A stretch of DNA of 48,176 nt from an uncultured Puniceicoccaceae bacterium (GCA_913045955.1 CAJWRZ010000001.1:1-48176), one strand, 5' to 3'. Counted from the stretch's first letter, positions 23,011 through 32,361 are shown. Program-made: numbers and translations. The notes: generated from the letters alone by a model not told the origin.

Positions 23011-25298
23011 GTGCGTTTCTCTAAAAATTTGAGGCGCTCAACTAAATTAGTTCTTCGGACTTCTGTTTTATTGTTTTTAACGGCCATAGAGAAGGCATCT
23101 AACGAGCCAATAAGAAATAGCTTCTGCTTTGCCCGAGTACTAGCGGTGTAGAGCAAATTTCTTTGAAGCATTATGAAATGCTGCTTTAAAAGTGGTACAA
23201 TGACCACGGGATACTCGCTGCCCTGGCTCTTGTGGATCGAAAGAGTATAAGCTAGCTGAATTTCAGACAGTTCATTTTTTTTGTATTCAACTAAGGCCTC
23301 GCTAAACTTTATGCTTAGGGTTGATTGATCTGCACTGATGGATTGGATTATACCCAAGTCTCCATTAAACACATTTTTGTCATAATTATTAGTGGTTTGG
23401 ATGACCTTATCGCCGATTCTGAAGGGCTGTTCCCCATAAAGGATTTCTGAAGGCAATGGTTTTTTGCTCTTCTCTCTAAAAAATGTTTGATTAGCGCTTT
23501 TGTAATTAGGCGAAGCTTCTAGGCGCTTCTTTGCGGCAGCGGAATTATTTAAATGTTCCTGGAGTGATTCGTTGAGTGCTTTAATCCCTCCGCTACCTTT
23601 GTGCATAGGCGAGAGTACCTGTATATCTTTGATCGGATTTAATCGGTTATGTTTAGGCAAGTATTCTTTCGTCAAATAATGGATTGCTCTAATCATTTGT
23701 TCGGGCTCCTCGACTTCAATAAAGTTAAAGTCATCATCGGGATTTAAATGGTGCAAACTTTGTATGACTTTGCAGGGCTCTGTAATGCCTTTGAGAATAT
23801 TATGTGCGGTAGTTATGATCCGACTTTCTTTCGCCTGCCTAAAAATAATATCAAGGCGAACTACTTTTGAAAAAGGCCCATTGATTAAGTCACTAAGAAT
23901 ATTACCAGGTCCAACGGAAGGTAATTGATCAGAGTCGCCCACTAAAACCAAATGGGCCGAAGGTGGGATCGCATCTAAGAGCGAAGCCGCGAGCTGTGTA
24001 TCAATCATACTAGCTTCATCGATTATTATACAATCGCAGGCCAATGGGTTGTCTTTATGATGGAAAAATGCTCGAGTGGAAGGATCGTATTTTAGAAGTC
24101 GATGGATGGTAGTTGCAGTATGCTTAGTTGTTTCTGAAAGACGTTGGGCCGCTCTTCCTGTAGGCGAAGCTAATAATATTTTACATTTTTTGGCTGCTAA
24201 TATGTCAACAATAGCTCTTAGGATTGTCGTCTTTCCGGTTCCGGGTCCGCCGGTAATAATACTGAATTTATTGCAGAGTGCTGATTTAACTGCGCCACTT
24301 TGTAGTTGCTCAAAATCAAAGCCAGCTTTTTGTTGAGCCCACGCGATGGCTGCATCTAATTTTATATCAGGCAACTTAGACTCAGCGTCGTGGATTAGGC
24401 AGATTGTTTCGGCAATCTTTTTTTCGTAGAAAGAAAAAACTGAGCTCTGAACAGAAGCACCCAAAGATTGGTTGTTTTGATCATAGGCTTGAATCGAGTA
24501 TAGGCGCTTTTCGTTTATTAGAGAATCGACCCTATTTGCAACTAAGTCCCGTTTGAGCCCAAGTAGCTGAGCAGATTGGTCCAAAAGTATATCAATCAAG
24601 GCAATCGTGTGTCCTTCATCCTGCAACTTGGTGACAGTATGGAGAATGCCTGCATCTATTCTTTCACTAGAATTTGTTGGGAACCCTAAGTTCAATGCAA
24701 TCTGGTCGGCAGTCTTAAAACCGATTCGATCAATGTCTTCGGCAATTTTATAGGGCTGATCTTGAAGAATACGCTTAGTTTTATCCCCGTATTTTTTAAC
24801 TAATTTTAAACACTGCGCTGGGGTGACACCGTAGGTTTGGAGGAATAACATAACGTCTCTAACGGTAACTTGTTCTTCCCAGGCTTGTTTGATCGATTTT
24901 GCTCTAGACCTTCCAATGCCCGGGATTTCTTCGAGACGAGCACTTGAGCTACTGATGATATTAATCGTATCAATCCCAAAATGATCAACGATCTTTTCGG
25001 CATAGGATTTACCAATCCCATGAATAAGTCCGCTGCCTAGATATTTCTTTATGCCATAAATCGAAGCAGGGAGCTCGGAAGAGAATTCGTGAACTTTGAG
25101 CTGTTGTCCGTGAGTTGAATGTTCAGTCCATTCCCCTTTGATTTTTATGGTTTCTCCACATTGAACCCCTGGTAATGTTCCATATATAGTCACTTTTTCC
25201 TTAGTTTTTGCGTTTGAGATCTCGGCTACACAATAGGCATTATCATCATTGAAAAAAATGATTCGTTCTACAACGCCTGTTAAATTAGTGGGGTTCAT
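23007..25298 (-). CDS. recD2: RecD2-type ATP-dependent 5'-3' DNA helicase
   Basis: N-terminal OB and HhH regions, ITGGPGTGKTT, IIIDEASMID, VGDSDQLPSVGPG, SIHKSQGSEYPVVI. 763 aa. Confidence 0.9.
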   Translation of the reverse strand: MNPTNLTGVVERIIFFNDDNAYCVAEISNAKTKEKVTIYGTLPGVQCGETIKIKGEWTEHSTHGQQLKVHEFSSELPASIYGIKKYLGSGLIHGIGKSYAEKIVDHFGIDTINIISSSSARLEEIPGIGRSRAKSIKQAWEEQVTVRDVMLFLQTYGVTPAQCLKLVKKYGDKTKRILQDQPYKIAEDIDRIGFKTADQIALNLGFPTNSSERIDAGILHTVTKLQDEGHTIALIDILLDQSAQLLGLKRDLVANRVDSLINEKRLYSIQAYDQNNQSLGASVQSSVFSFYEKKIAETICLIHDAESKLPDIKLDAAIAWAQQKAGFDFEQLQSGAVKSALCNKFSIITGGPGTGKTTILRAIVDILAAKKCKILLASPTGRAAQRLSETTKHTATTIHRLLKYDPSTRAFFHHKDNPLACDCIIIDEASMIDTQLAASLLDAIPPSAHLVLVGDSDQLPSVGPGNILSDLINGPFSKVVRLDIIFRQAKESRIITTAHNILKGITEPCKVIQSLHHLNPDDDFNFIEVEEPEQMIRAIHYLTKEYLPKHNRLNPIKDIQVLSPMHKGSGGIKALNESLQEHLNNSAAAKKRLEASPNYKSANQTFFREKSKKPLPSEILYGEQPFRIGDKVIQTTNNYDKNVFNGDLGIIQSISADQSTLSIKFSEALVEYKKNELSEIQLAYTLSIHKSQGSEYPVVIVPLLKQHFIMLQRNLLYTASTRAKQKLFLIGSLDAFSMAVKNNKTEVRRTNLVERLKFLEKRT

Positions 25299-25370
25299 TA
25301 GAAAGCTTTCAGGTTTTAATATAAATAATTGTAATTGATTTAATACGCTTTACTATAAAGATTTTTAAAA

Positions 25371-28109
25371 ATGAGCGACAAATTTAAAAGATTTGATGAT
25401 GAACATAGTCGTTCTCGGCATTCGCGCAATAGGCGTTTTATAGGATCTAATAAGAAAAACTCCAAGAAGTACTCTTCGGAAGTAGAAAGGCGCAGAGGCC
25501 GTATTGAAGCGGGGAAGCTTAGGACGAGTCGTAAAAATAATTCGATAGCCAAAACTAAAGACTCCAAGGCTGTTTCCTCAGAAATGGAGTTGATCAATAA
25601 AAAAAGGTTAGAGCGTAAACGTTTGGGGCTAAAGATTCGGCATGAATCAGCTCTTAAAACCTCTAAAAAGTCAGGTAATAATACCAGGGCCACCTCACCA
25701 AAAACTTCCTCTAGGGGTAATGTTTTACACACCAAAAGAAGCCCCATGCCAGCAGAATGCGTAGGTTATGGTAGCGCTTTCGTGGTCGCTTTGTTGCTGC
25801 TGTTTGTAGGTGCTACGGACTCAGTGATGAGCGATGGTATATTGCTTATTTTTATTGGATTTATGCTCTATAGAGTTCCTGAGCTTTATTCAAAAGGTTG
25901 GCACATTGATATTTGTGTTATAGCGTTTCTTCTCCTTTGTTTGACTTCTTTTACTCCCGCGTTAACTGAATTTTACTCTAATTGGAGGGGGTTAGCAGCG
26001 GATGAACATGGGCTATACTTTGGTTTTTTCCACTCGCTTAGACCTTTGCTTGGATTAGAGGGACTACTTCTCTTTTGCGCGCTTATTGCTTTTTATTACA
26101 ATATGGGTGCCTGGAAAGTGAATAGCTATGGTAAGGATAGATTATTTTTTATTACATCATTAATATCGTTTATTCTTATTTTTTCGGACTTTTATTTTGG
26201 TGCAAATCCTCTCAAAATATTTTTATCTGAGGTTAAACATTTCAGCCCGATAGAACATTATCGGGAGAATTTTGCTTTATTTCTTTTTATTTTGGGCATC
26301 AGTTCACTGGGTTTCTGTATTAACGGATTTAAGTATAAAATATTTGGCGCATTCGTAGGGCTTCTCGCTTCAGTTTTCTGCTATTTGTTTTTATTAAAAT
26401 CAAATGCAGTCTTATACGGTAACCTCTATCTAGGATTTAGTTTCCTCGCACTTTTTGTTTGGTTTAAAAAACAGCATTCTAGGACAGTTGGGCTTAGGTT
26501 TGCTTGGATTTCAGGCTCAGGTTTAATTTCTATTATACTGCTCAATTGGCCCTCATTTTTTTACTACTTAAAGGGCTCTTGCCAATTATTCCTGAACCAA
26601 TTTAAAGCACTTTACCTAGCATTGATGGGTGTTTTAAAAAACAGCGCCTTTCTTGGTTTTGGATTGGGCTCTTCTAAAGGATTAATGCCCCAGTTTAATT
26701 CTGATTATAACTTTGAAAGTGGTTTCGCCTCAAGAGGAACAGACCTAATGAGTTGGGTGGTTGATTTCGGGTTATTGGGAATGGTAATCCTAATTTTATT
26801 CCTTGGACAATGGGCTATAAAAAACATCCCCAATAAAGGCGGCTTTGAAAATCGGCATAAGCCTTTTTACTTAATCATACTCTTCGTTTTTGCCCTTAGA
26901 TTTATAAGTGATTCGAGCTCGACTGGGGTTGCTTTGATCCTACTTTTGTTGCTTTTTTTCCAACTTGCTTCCAGTCGGCACAAGCGCAGGAAGCAATTAA
27001 TGCCCCGTCTGCTTTGCCGTATTTTGGGCATATTTTGGATCGTGGTTGGATCCTTCTGGCTATTCTCAACTATTTTCAATTGGCCATTTCACAGTGATAT
27101 CCGCAGTAGAATTGCCTTAGGAGAACATCGAAATTACTTAGATTCATTTGAATACGAATATGAACTTAGACTAGATCCAAAATTAGATCCAAAATTAGAT
27201 CTTAATAGCACCGTACAAAAGGCATCTTTAATCCCATCATTGCATCCGGCAAAGCCTTTCTCAAAAGCGCGTAAGCTAATCAGTGAAGGGGGCGATCCGG
27301 ACTTGGTTGCTAAGGCGATTGAGCAAGGACGCTTCTTGGATCCAAATAATGAACGCCTAGCTCTAAATATAGGCTACTGGACTTTGGAATCAAATCCTTC
27401 TTATGCTTTGGAATCATTCGATCGATATTTTCGAATAGAGCCTCGTAGAAAACTAAATCAGTATAAGGCATTGCTGCATTACCTGTTAAGGTGCTCCGAA
27501 GCTCAATTTCAAGAATTAGAGACGCTTTCTAATTTTAACGAAGAATATAGAGTTCATTATTTGTTGCTACTGAAAGATCAAACTAGTGACAGGCTCCGCC
27601 CCGAATCGTTTGAAGGATTCTCGCTTTTAAATCAGGATTTGAAATATAAATTTCTAGAGCACTTACTTAAGAGGGGCCATTTTGAAATATTTGATGCATA
27701 CGTGATGCTTTATTTGGGTCAATTGGAGGACCTATCAATTTTAAAAGCAATTAAAGCTAAAGAGTTAGCTGATTTTGAGGGCGCTCTATCGATGATTAGG
27801 GCAACTATCGATCCTCCCCAAATCCCACTTTCTGAAGCTCAGAAGAACTCTAGAGAGTCGCACCATTATAGAGTGTTTATCGAGAATAATCCTGACTTAA
27901 GTATGGGAATTTCTTTATTAGTTAATGCCCTAGATTCTAATAAATATCTAGAAGCTGGAGGAATCCTTAAGCATCTTTTACGCTTAGAAAAGCCTCCTTT
28001 ATTTGTTTATTATTGGTATGCAGAAGTGCTTTACATACTTAAAGATTACGAAGAGAGTTGGTTTGCATTCGAATCTTATATACAAAAATCAAAAATTCGG
28101 CTTCAATAA
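25371..28109 (+). CDS. Polytopic membrane protein, divergent Wzy_C/O-antigen-ligase-like, with a polybasic N-terminal extension and a C-terminal TPR-like region
   Basis: About 125 aa of K/R/S-rich N-terminus, then more than 10 hydrophobic segments. There is a degenerate Wzy_C-like block SRGTDLMSWVVDFGLLG, and the C-terminal ~330 aa is soluble and helical-repeat-like. An alternative start is ATG 25746. Confidence 0.5.
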   Translation: MSDKFKRFDDEHSRSRHSRNRRFIGSNKKNSKKYSSEVERRRGRIEAGKLRTSRKNNSIAKTKDSKAVSSEMELINKKRLERKRLGLKIRHESALKTSKKSGNNTRATSPKTSSRGNVLHTKRSPMPAECVGYGSAFVVALLLLFVGATDSVMSDGILLIFIGFMLYRVPELYSKGWHIDICVIAFLLLCLTSFTPALTEFYSNWRGLAADEHGLYFGFFHSLRPLLGLEGLLLFCALIAFYYNMGAWKVNSYGKDRLFFITSLISFILIFSDFYFGANPLKIFLSEVKHFSPIEHYRENFALFLFILGISSLGFCINGFKYKIFGAFVGLLASVFCYLFLLKSNAVLYGNLYLGFSFLALFVWFKKQHSRTVGLRFAWISGSGLISIILLNWPSFFYYLKGSCQLFLNQFKALYLALMGVLKNSAFLGFGLGSSKGLMPQFNSDYNFESGFASRGTDLMSWVVDFGLLGMVILILFLGQWAIKNIPNKGGFENRHKPFYLIILFVFALRFISDSSSTGVALILLLLLFFQLASSRHKRRKQLMPRLLCRILGIFWIVVGSFWLFSTIFNWPFHSDIRSRIALGEHRNYLDSFEYEYELRLDPKLDPKLDLNSTVQKASLIPSLHPAKPFSKARKLISEGGDPDLVAKAIEQGRFLDPNNERLALNIGYWTLESNPSYALESFDRYFRIEPRRKLNQYKALLHYLLRCSEAQFQELETLSNFNEEYRVHYLLLLKDQTSDRLRPESFEGFSLLNQDLKYKFLEHLLKRGHFEIFDAYVMLYLGQLEDLSILKAIKAKELADFEGALSMIRATIDPPQIPLSEAQKNSRESHHYRVFIENNPDLSMGISLLVNALDSNKYLEAGGILKHLLRLEKPPLFVYYWYAEVLYILKDYEESWFAFESYIQKSKIRLQ
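27172..27201 (+). repeat. In-frame 12-nt tandem repeat (tagatccaaaat x2.5) encoding LDPKLDPKLD
   Basis: Direct reading of the sequence. It lies at the junction between the membrane and TPR-like regions. Confidence 0.9.
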
Positions 28110-28142
28110 AATGCTCATAAAAAATAGCTTTCTCTTGCTCAC

Positions 28143-28916
28143 GTGAATACAAAAAATATCAAAGCTCTAAAAGGGCAACGGCCAATTGTTGCAACGACCG
28201 CTTATGATGCAGTCCTGGCTAAGTTAGCCGATCAATCGGGCATCGACCTCTTACTTGTCGGAGATTCAGTGGGGACGACACAGTTAGGATTCGATTCTAC
28301 AGTACAGGTGACCCTAGAAATGATGCTTCACCACACCGCCGCGGTGACTCGGATAAATCCTAAAGCCCTTGTTGTAGCGGATATGCCTTTTGGCTATAGT
28401 TTTGATGATTATGAAACTATTTTTAACGCAAGCCGAAGATTAATTCAAGAAGGGGGTGCCTCAGCAGTTAAAATTGAAGGGGGCTTAAAATTAGCGCCAA
28501 CAATTCAGCGCTTAGTGGATTCAGGTATCCCTGTATTAGGGCATATTGGACTTATGCCCCAGCAAATAAAAATTTTGGGAGGCTACCGAAAATTCGGTAA
28601 AACAGAAGTTGAAAAAAAATCTTTAATTGAAGATGCCCGAGCACTGGAGGCAGCAGGCTGCTTTGGAATTATAGGAGAAATGATTGAAGCAGAGCTTACA
28701 AGAAAACTGACGGAAACAATCAACATACCCTTAATAGGAATCGGAAGTGGGTCTCACTGTGATGGGCAAATTTTAGTATCCAATGATCTTTTAGGTTTTT
28801 CTACCGAGAAGTTGCCGAGCTTTGTTCAAACATTCGGTGAAGTCTCCAAAGCAGTTTCAAAAGGATTCGAAGATTATAAAAAAGCAGTTCTAGGAAGGAA
28901 TTACCCAAGTGAATAA
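28143..28916 (+). CDS. panB: 3-methyl-2-oxobutanoate hydroxymethyltransferase
   Basis: TAYDAVLAKLADQSGIDLLLVGDSVG, VKIEGG, GHIGLMPQ. GTG start. Confidence 0.9.
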   Translation: MNTKNIKALKGQRPIVATTAYDAVLAKLADQSGIDLLLVGDSVGTTQLGFDSTVQVTLEMMLHHTAAVTRINPKALVVADMPFGYSFDDYETIFNASRRLIQEGGASAVKIEGGLKLAPTIQRLVDSGIPVLGHIGLMPQQIKILGGYRKFGKTEVEKKSLIEDARALEAAGCFGIIGEMIEAELTRKLTETINIPLIGIGSGSHCDGQILVSNDLLGFSTEKLPSFVQTFGEVSKAVSKGFEDYKKAVLGRNYPSE

Positions 28917-29910
28917 TTGTATTTTAGGATCAGGCGCCTGGGGAACAGCCATGGCCCTCCATTTAAATCGTTGCGACCAAACGGTCTCTATCGCTCCAAG
29001 AAGAATTGAGCAGGCAATGTCTATTACGACAACACGAGAAAATAGTAGCTATCTTCCAGGGTTTAAATTACCCGATGCGATTCAGGTCGGCTATGAGTTA
29101 GAGCCGCTTCTAATGGAAGCAAATGTCCTTATGCTGGCCTGCCCATCCAAAGGCATCAGAAATCTTTGTGATCGCATTTTAAAAGAAACCAAAGCTCAAG
29201 AACAGGTCGATTTAATTTTGATTCTTTGCAAGGGATTGGAAAAAGAGTCTTTGAAATTCCCTTATGAAATAGTCAAAGAAGCTTTTCCCTCAATATCCGT
29301 TGGGGTACTTTCGGGTCCAAGTTTTGCCGGAGAGGTTGCGCAAGGAAAGCCCACTGCATTATCCCTAGCCGTTTCTCAGATCACACCCAAAATAGAGCAG
29401 ATTCAAAATCAAATCAGTAATAACAAATTAAGGGTGTATCTTTCGGAGGATGTTCAGGGGGTTCAGTTAGGTGGTATTTTAAAAAATATTTATGCGATTG
29501 GCGCGGGACTTTGTGACGGCTTAAGTTTAGGTGATAATGCTAAATCAGCGTACATCACACGCGCTCTAAATGAGATGGTTGTAATCGGAGAGAGCCTTGG
29601 CGGAAAAAAAGAAACTTTTTATGGTTTGAGCGGTTTCGGGGATCTGATCGCGACATGCTTTGGTGAGTGGAGTCGTAATCGGACTTTAGGACTCGCTGTG
29701 GGGCAAGGGTCTGATCCACGGTCAATTATTGCCGAACAAAAAACGGTAGTAGAAGGTTATAGCTCAGTTGAAAGCCTTCATAAAATTGCCCAAAGTAAAG
29801 GCTTAGATATGCCCATATTAAAAGAGCTGTACGCGATCCTCTACACCAATAAATCCCCTAAGTTAGCCTTGAGTTCACTCATGATGCGCGATTTGAAATC
29901 AGAAGTTTAG
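28909..29910 (+). CDS. gpsA: NAD(P)H-dependent glycerol-3-phosphate dehydrogenase
   Basis: ILGSGAWGTAMA, GPSFAGEVA, LKNIYAIGAG, GFGDLIATC. GTG start overlapping panB by 8 nt. Confidence 0.9.
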   Translation: MNNCILGSGAWGTAMALHLNRCDQTVSIAPRRIEQAMSITTTRENSSYLPGFKLPDAIQVGYELEPLLMEANVLMLACPSKGIRNLCDRILKETKAQEQVDLILILCKGLEKESLKFPYEIVKEAFPSISVGVLSGPSFAGEVAQGKPTALSLAVSQITPKIEQIQNQISNNKLRVYLSEDVQGVQLGGILKNIYAIGAGLCDGLSLGDNAKSAYITRALNEMVVIGESLGGKKETFYGLSGFGDLIATCFGEWSRNRTLGLAVGQGSDPRSIIAEQKTVVEGYSSVESLHKIAQSKGLDMPILKELYAILYTNKSPKLALSSLMMRDLKSEV

Positions 29911-29928
29911 GCACAGGCATTTGGGGCT

Positions 29929-30459
29929 ATGGGGAATGAATCGTATGAAGTTAGGGGATCAAGTATCCACGAAAGGGGGTTATTTGCTACAAAGTCACTC
30001 AAAGCTGGAGCCAGAGTTGTTCAGTATGTAGGTGAGAAGATCTCAAAAAAAGAGGCTTCTGAAAGAGCTTTAGAATGGGAGCATAAGGCGAAAAAATCCG
30101 GAGAAGGTTTAGTTTATATTTTTGAGCTGGATGACCAATGGGATATTGATGGCCGAATAGGAGAGAATCCAGCTCGTTATATCAATCATTCCTGTGATGG
30201 TAATTGCGAAGCAATTAATGATGCGGGTGAGATTTGGATTATCGCGGAGCGATCTATCAAAAAGGGTGAGGAGTTAACTTATGATTATGGGTATGATATG
30301 GAACACTTTTTAGATCACCCTTGTTTATGTGGCACGAGTCAATGTGTTGGCTTTATTGTAAGAGAAGACCAAAGGCTAAAGGTTAGGAGACTTCTTAAAA
30401 ATAAGAAAATAAATAAGCCTCAGTCCACGAATCAGTTCAAGAGTCAGTCCAAGATTTAG
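29929..30459 (+). CDS. SET-domain protein-lysine methyltransferase with post-SET Cys cluster
   Basis: [36 protein letters not shown], post-[13 protein letters not shown]. Basic C-terminal tail. Confidence 0.8.
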   Translation: MGNESYEVRGSSIHERGLFATKSLKAGARVVQYVGEKISKKEASERALEWEHKAKKSGEGLVYIFELDDQWDIDGRIGENPARYINHSCDGNCEAINDAGEIWIIAERSIKKGEELTYDYGYDMEHFLDHPCLCGTSQCVGFIVREDQRLKVRRLLKNKKINKPQSTNQFKSQSKI

Positions 30460-30471
30460 TTAATACAGAAC

Positions 30472-30942
30472 TTATCGGGATTCATTGAGTGAGAGAAGAA
30501 GTTGCTGGCAACCATCTTCAAGCATATCCAAGACTAATTCAAATCCGTCGCCTTGACCATAGTAAGGGTCCGGGATTTCTGAGATTGCAGGATCCGTACA
30601 ATACTTAGAAAACAATTGGATTTTGTGGTGCCACGCTCCTTTAGGGTCTAAGGCTTTCGCGTCGTATAAGTTGGCGTGATCCATGGCTAAGATTAGGTCA
30701 AATTCCTCTAGGTCATTTAAGGTGAGTACCCTAGATCTGCCGATCACCGGAATCTTCCTTTTTCTTAAGGCATCTTGCATGCGTCCATCTGGGGCACTTC
30801 CGGAATGATAATTAAGCGTACCCGCCGAATCGATGAAGTAATCATGTGATTTGTCCGACTGGTTGACCAATTCCTGGAAGATACAATGAGCCGCTGGAGA
30901 TCGGCAAATATTTCCCATACATAAAAATAAGATCTTTTTCAT
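30472..30942 (-). CDS. Low-molecular-weight protein-tyrosine phosphatase
   Basis: P-loop CMGNICRSP ten residues after ATG 30942 (MKKILFLCMGN...), and DPYYG as the D-loop. The ORF-track start at 30993 would add 17 aa and overlap the dus gene by 20 nt. Confidence 0.85.
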   Translation of the reverse strand: MKKILFLCMGNICRSPAAHCIFQELVNQSDKSHDYFIDSAGTLNYHSGSAPDGRMQDALRKRKIPVIGRSRVLTLNDLEEFDLILAMDHANLYDAKALDPKGAWHHKIQLFSKYCTDPAISEIPDPYYGQGDGFELVLDMLEDGCQQLLLSLNESR

Positions 30943-30973
30943 AGTAATAAAAGTTTCTGCTATTTTATTGAGG

Positions 30974-31957
30974 TCACTTTTCGGTAGCGGCAATATGCTC
31001 CATAGCCAATTTCCTTAAGTCCTCAACTTGTGCAACGGTTCCTAAGGCCGTACGAATTTTTCTTGAGCCGGGCATTTCTTTAGTCAGTGCGATTATTTTA
31101 GGCCGCATCCATTTAATATCTAAATGTCGCTCTTTACGAAAGGACCGAGCCATGATCGACTCAGTATATTCAATAATCGTATCCCACCTCTGCGCGATGG
31201 TTGGAGGGTCGGGCACCGTGTTGTGCTTCAGGGTGTATTTGATATCTCTAAAAATCCATGGGTAGCCAAGGGCAGCTCTACCGATCATGACGCCCGCGCA
31301 GGCAGTTTCTTGCTTTATTCGAAGTACGTCACTGGCTGATTCAATGCTACCATTTCCTATAACCGGTATATTGATCGCTTCAGCGACTTCGGCGATGACT
31401 TCCCAATCAGCTTCACCTCGGTAGCCCTGAACTTTAGTTCGGCCGTGAATAGTAAGCGCTTTGGCCCCTTCAGCTTCGGCTATCTGACCGACTTCTTTGG
31501 CGATTATTTGATTTTCATCCCAACCAATTCTAATTTTTGCGGTGACAGGGATCTCGGGTACAGCCTCGGCAACATGACGAATAATAAGCCCAAGCTTGCT
31601 AGGGTTTTTAAGTAAAGAGGAGCCTGCATCCATACAGGTGACTCGATCAGCCGGGCAACCAAAATTAATATCGATGAAGTCCGGTTTTATTTTTGAATAA
31701 ATTAACCGAGCTGCCTCAGCCATTGAAGATGGGTTTGAGCCAAATATTTGCACGCCCATGGGTCTTTGAGATTCGGTAAAATCAACAGTCTCCCAAAGCC
31801 TTGCATCGCCTCTAATAATCGCGTCTGCTTGAACAAATTCCGTCACCATAACATCCGCACCCTGGCTTTTACAGAGTTGACGGAAGACCGTATCAGTAAA
31901 GCGGGCCATGGGTGCCAAGTATAAGGGGAAATCACTCTGTGTTATCCAGGGAAGCAT
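30974..31957 (-). CDS. dusB: tRNA-dihydrouridine synthase
   Basis: [31 protein letters not shown] blocks. 327 aa. Confidence 0.85.
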   Translation of the reverse strand: MLPWITQSDFPLYLAPMARFTDTVFRQLCKSQGADVMVTEFVQADAIIRGDARLWETVDFTESQRPMGVQIFGSNPSSMAEAARLIYSKIKPDFIDINFGCPADRVTCMDAGSSLLKNPSKLGLIIRHVAEAVPEIPVTAKIRIGWDENQIIAKEVGQIAEAEGAKALTIHGRTKVQGYRGEADWEVIAEVAEAINIPVIGNGSIESASDVLRIKQETACAGVMIGRAALGYPWIFRDIKYTLKHNTVPDPPTIAQRWDTIIEYTESIMARSFRKERHLDIKWMRPKIIALTKEMPGSRKIRTALGTVAQVEDLRKLAMEHIAATEK

Positions 31958-32038
31958 TAGTGCTATAAAAAGATATTTAAATATTGGACAAAAAGGTTTT
32001 TTGTCATACTTTCACAGTTCTATTACATTTTAAATATT

Positions 32039-32254
32039 ATGAAACACTTAATTATATTATTCTTAGCTCTCAGTCTTTCAGTCTCTGCATTTGCATGCGG
32101 TACCTGCGGTTGCTCTGATAGCAAGAAAGACAATTCTGAGAAAGCTTCTCAATCATGTTGCGCTTCTAAAGTAAAAGAAGCACCGGTTTCTTCTTGTTCT
32201 TCAAGTGATTCATCCTGTGATGATTCATCTGGCAAGTCATCTTGTTCTGACTAA
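32039..32254 (+). CDS. Small secreted (possibly lipid-anchored) Cys/Ser-rich acidic peptide
   Basis: Signal peptide MKHLIILFLALSLSVSAFA followed by C. The 52-aa mature part has 8 Cys (CGTCGC, CC, and three isolated) and 18 Ser. A strong intrinsic terminator follows. Confidence 0.5.
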   Translation: MKHLIILFLALSLSVSAFACGTCGCSDSKKDNSEKASQSCCASKVKEAPVSSCSSSDSSCDDSSGKSSCSD

Positions 32255-32276
32255 TAAGTCAGAATAATTTTTATCA

Positions 32277-32304
32277 GCCCTCCATTTTTGGGGGGCTTTT
32301 TTTT
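32277..32304 (+). terminator. Rho-independent terminator
   Basis: gccctcca-tttt-tggggggc: an 8-bp stem including one G-U pair, followed by an 8-T run. Confidence 0.75.
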
Positions 32305-32361
32305 GTAGATACATAAAAAATAGCTTGTAGCTTTAATTGATTATACGACAATTTACCCATT

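Noticed and set aside
18236-25298. The idea that the SNF2 ATPase, RecD2, the AddAB-like pair and the HD/OB protein mark a phage-defence island.
   Set aside because: Each has a full housekeeping-type architecture. They are scattered among core metabolic genes (aroQ, tcdA, panB, hisG, lysS). No methylase, restriction, toxin, ATPase-nuclease partner, integrase or tRNA border is present.
25340-25747. A 135-aa antisense ORF opposite the polybasic N-terminal region of the 25371-28109 gene.
   Set aside because: The translation is Leu/Ser/Phe-rich, which is the complement of Lys/Arg/Glu codons, and has no motif. It would overlap the recD2 promoter region and the plus-strand ORF. It is most simply a shadow of the K/R-rich coding frame. 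The double openness is noted in a finding.
28116-28130. An identical 15-mer, cataaaaaatagctt, upstream of both panB (28116-28130) and hisG (32312-32326). I considered it as a possible shared regulatory motif.
   Set aside because: A single A-rich 15-mer match is about what chance predicts for all-against-all comparison in a 48-kb AT-rich window. The distances to the start codons differ (12 versus 35 nt). It may simply be -10-like A/T sequence.
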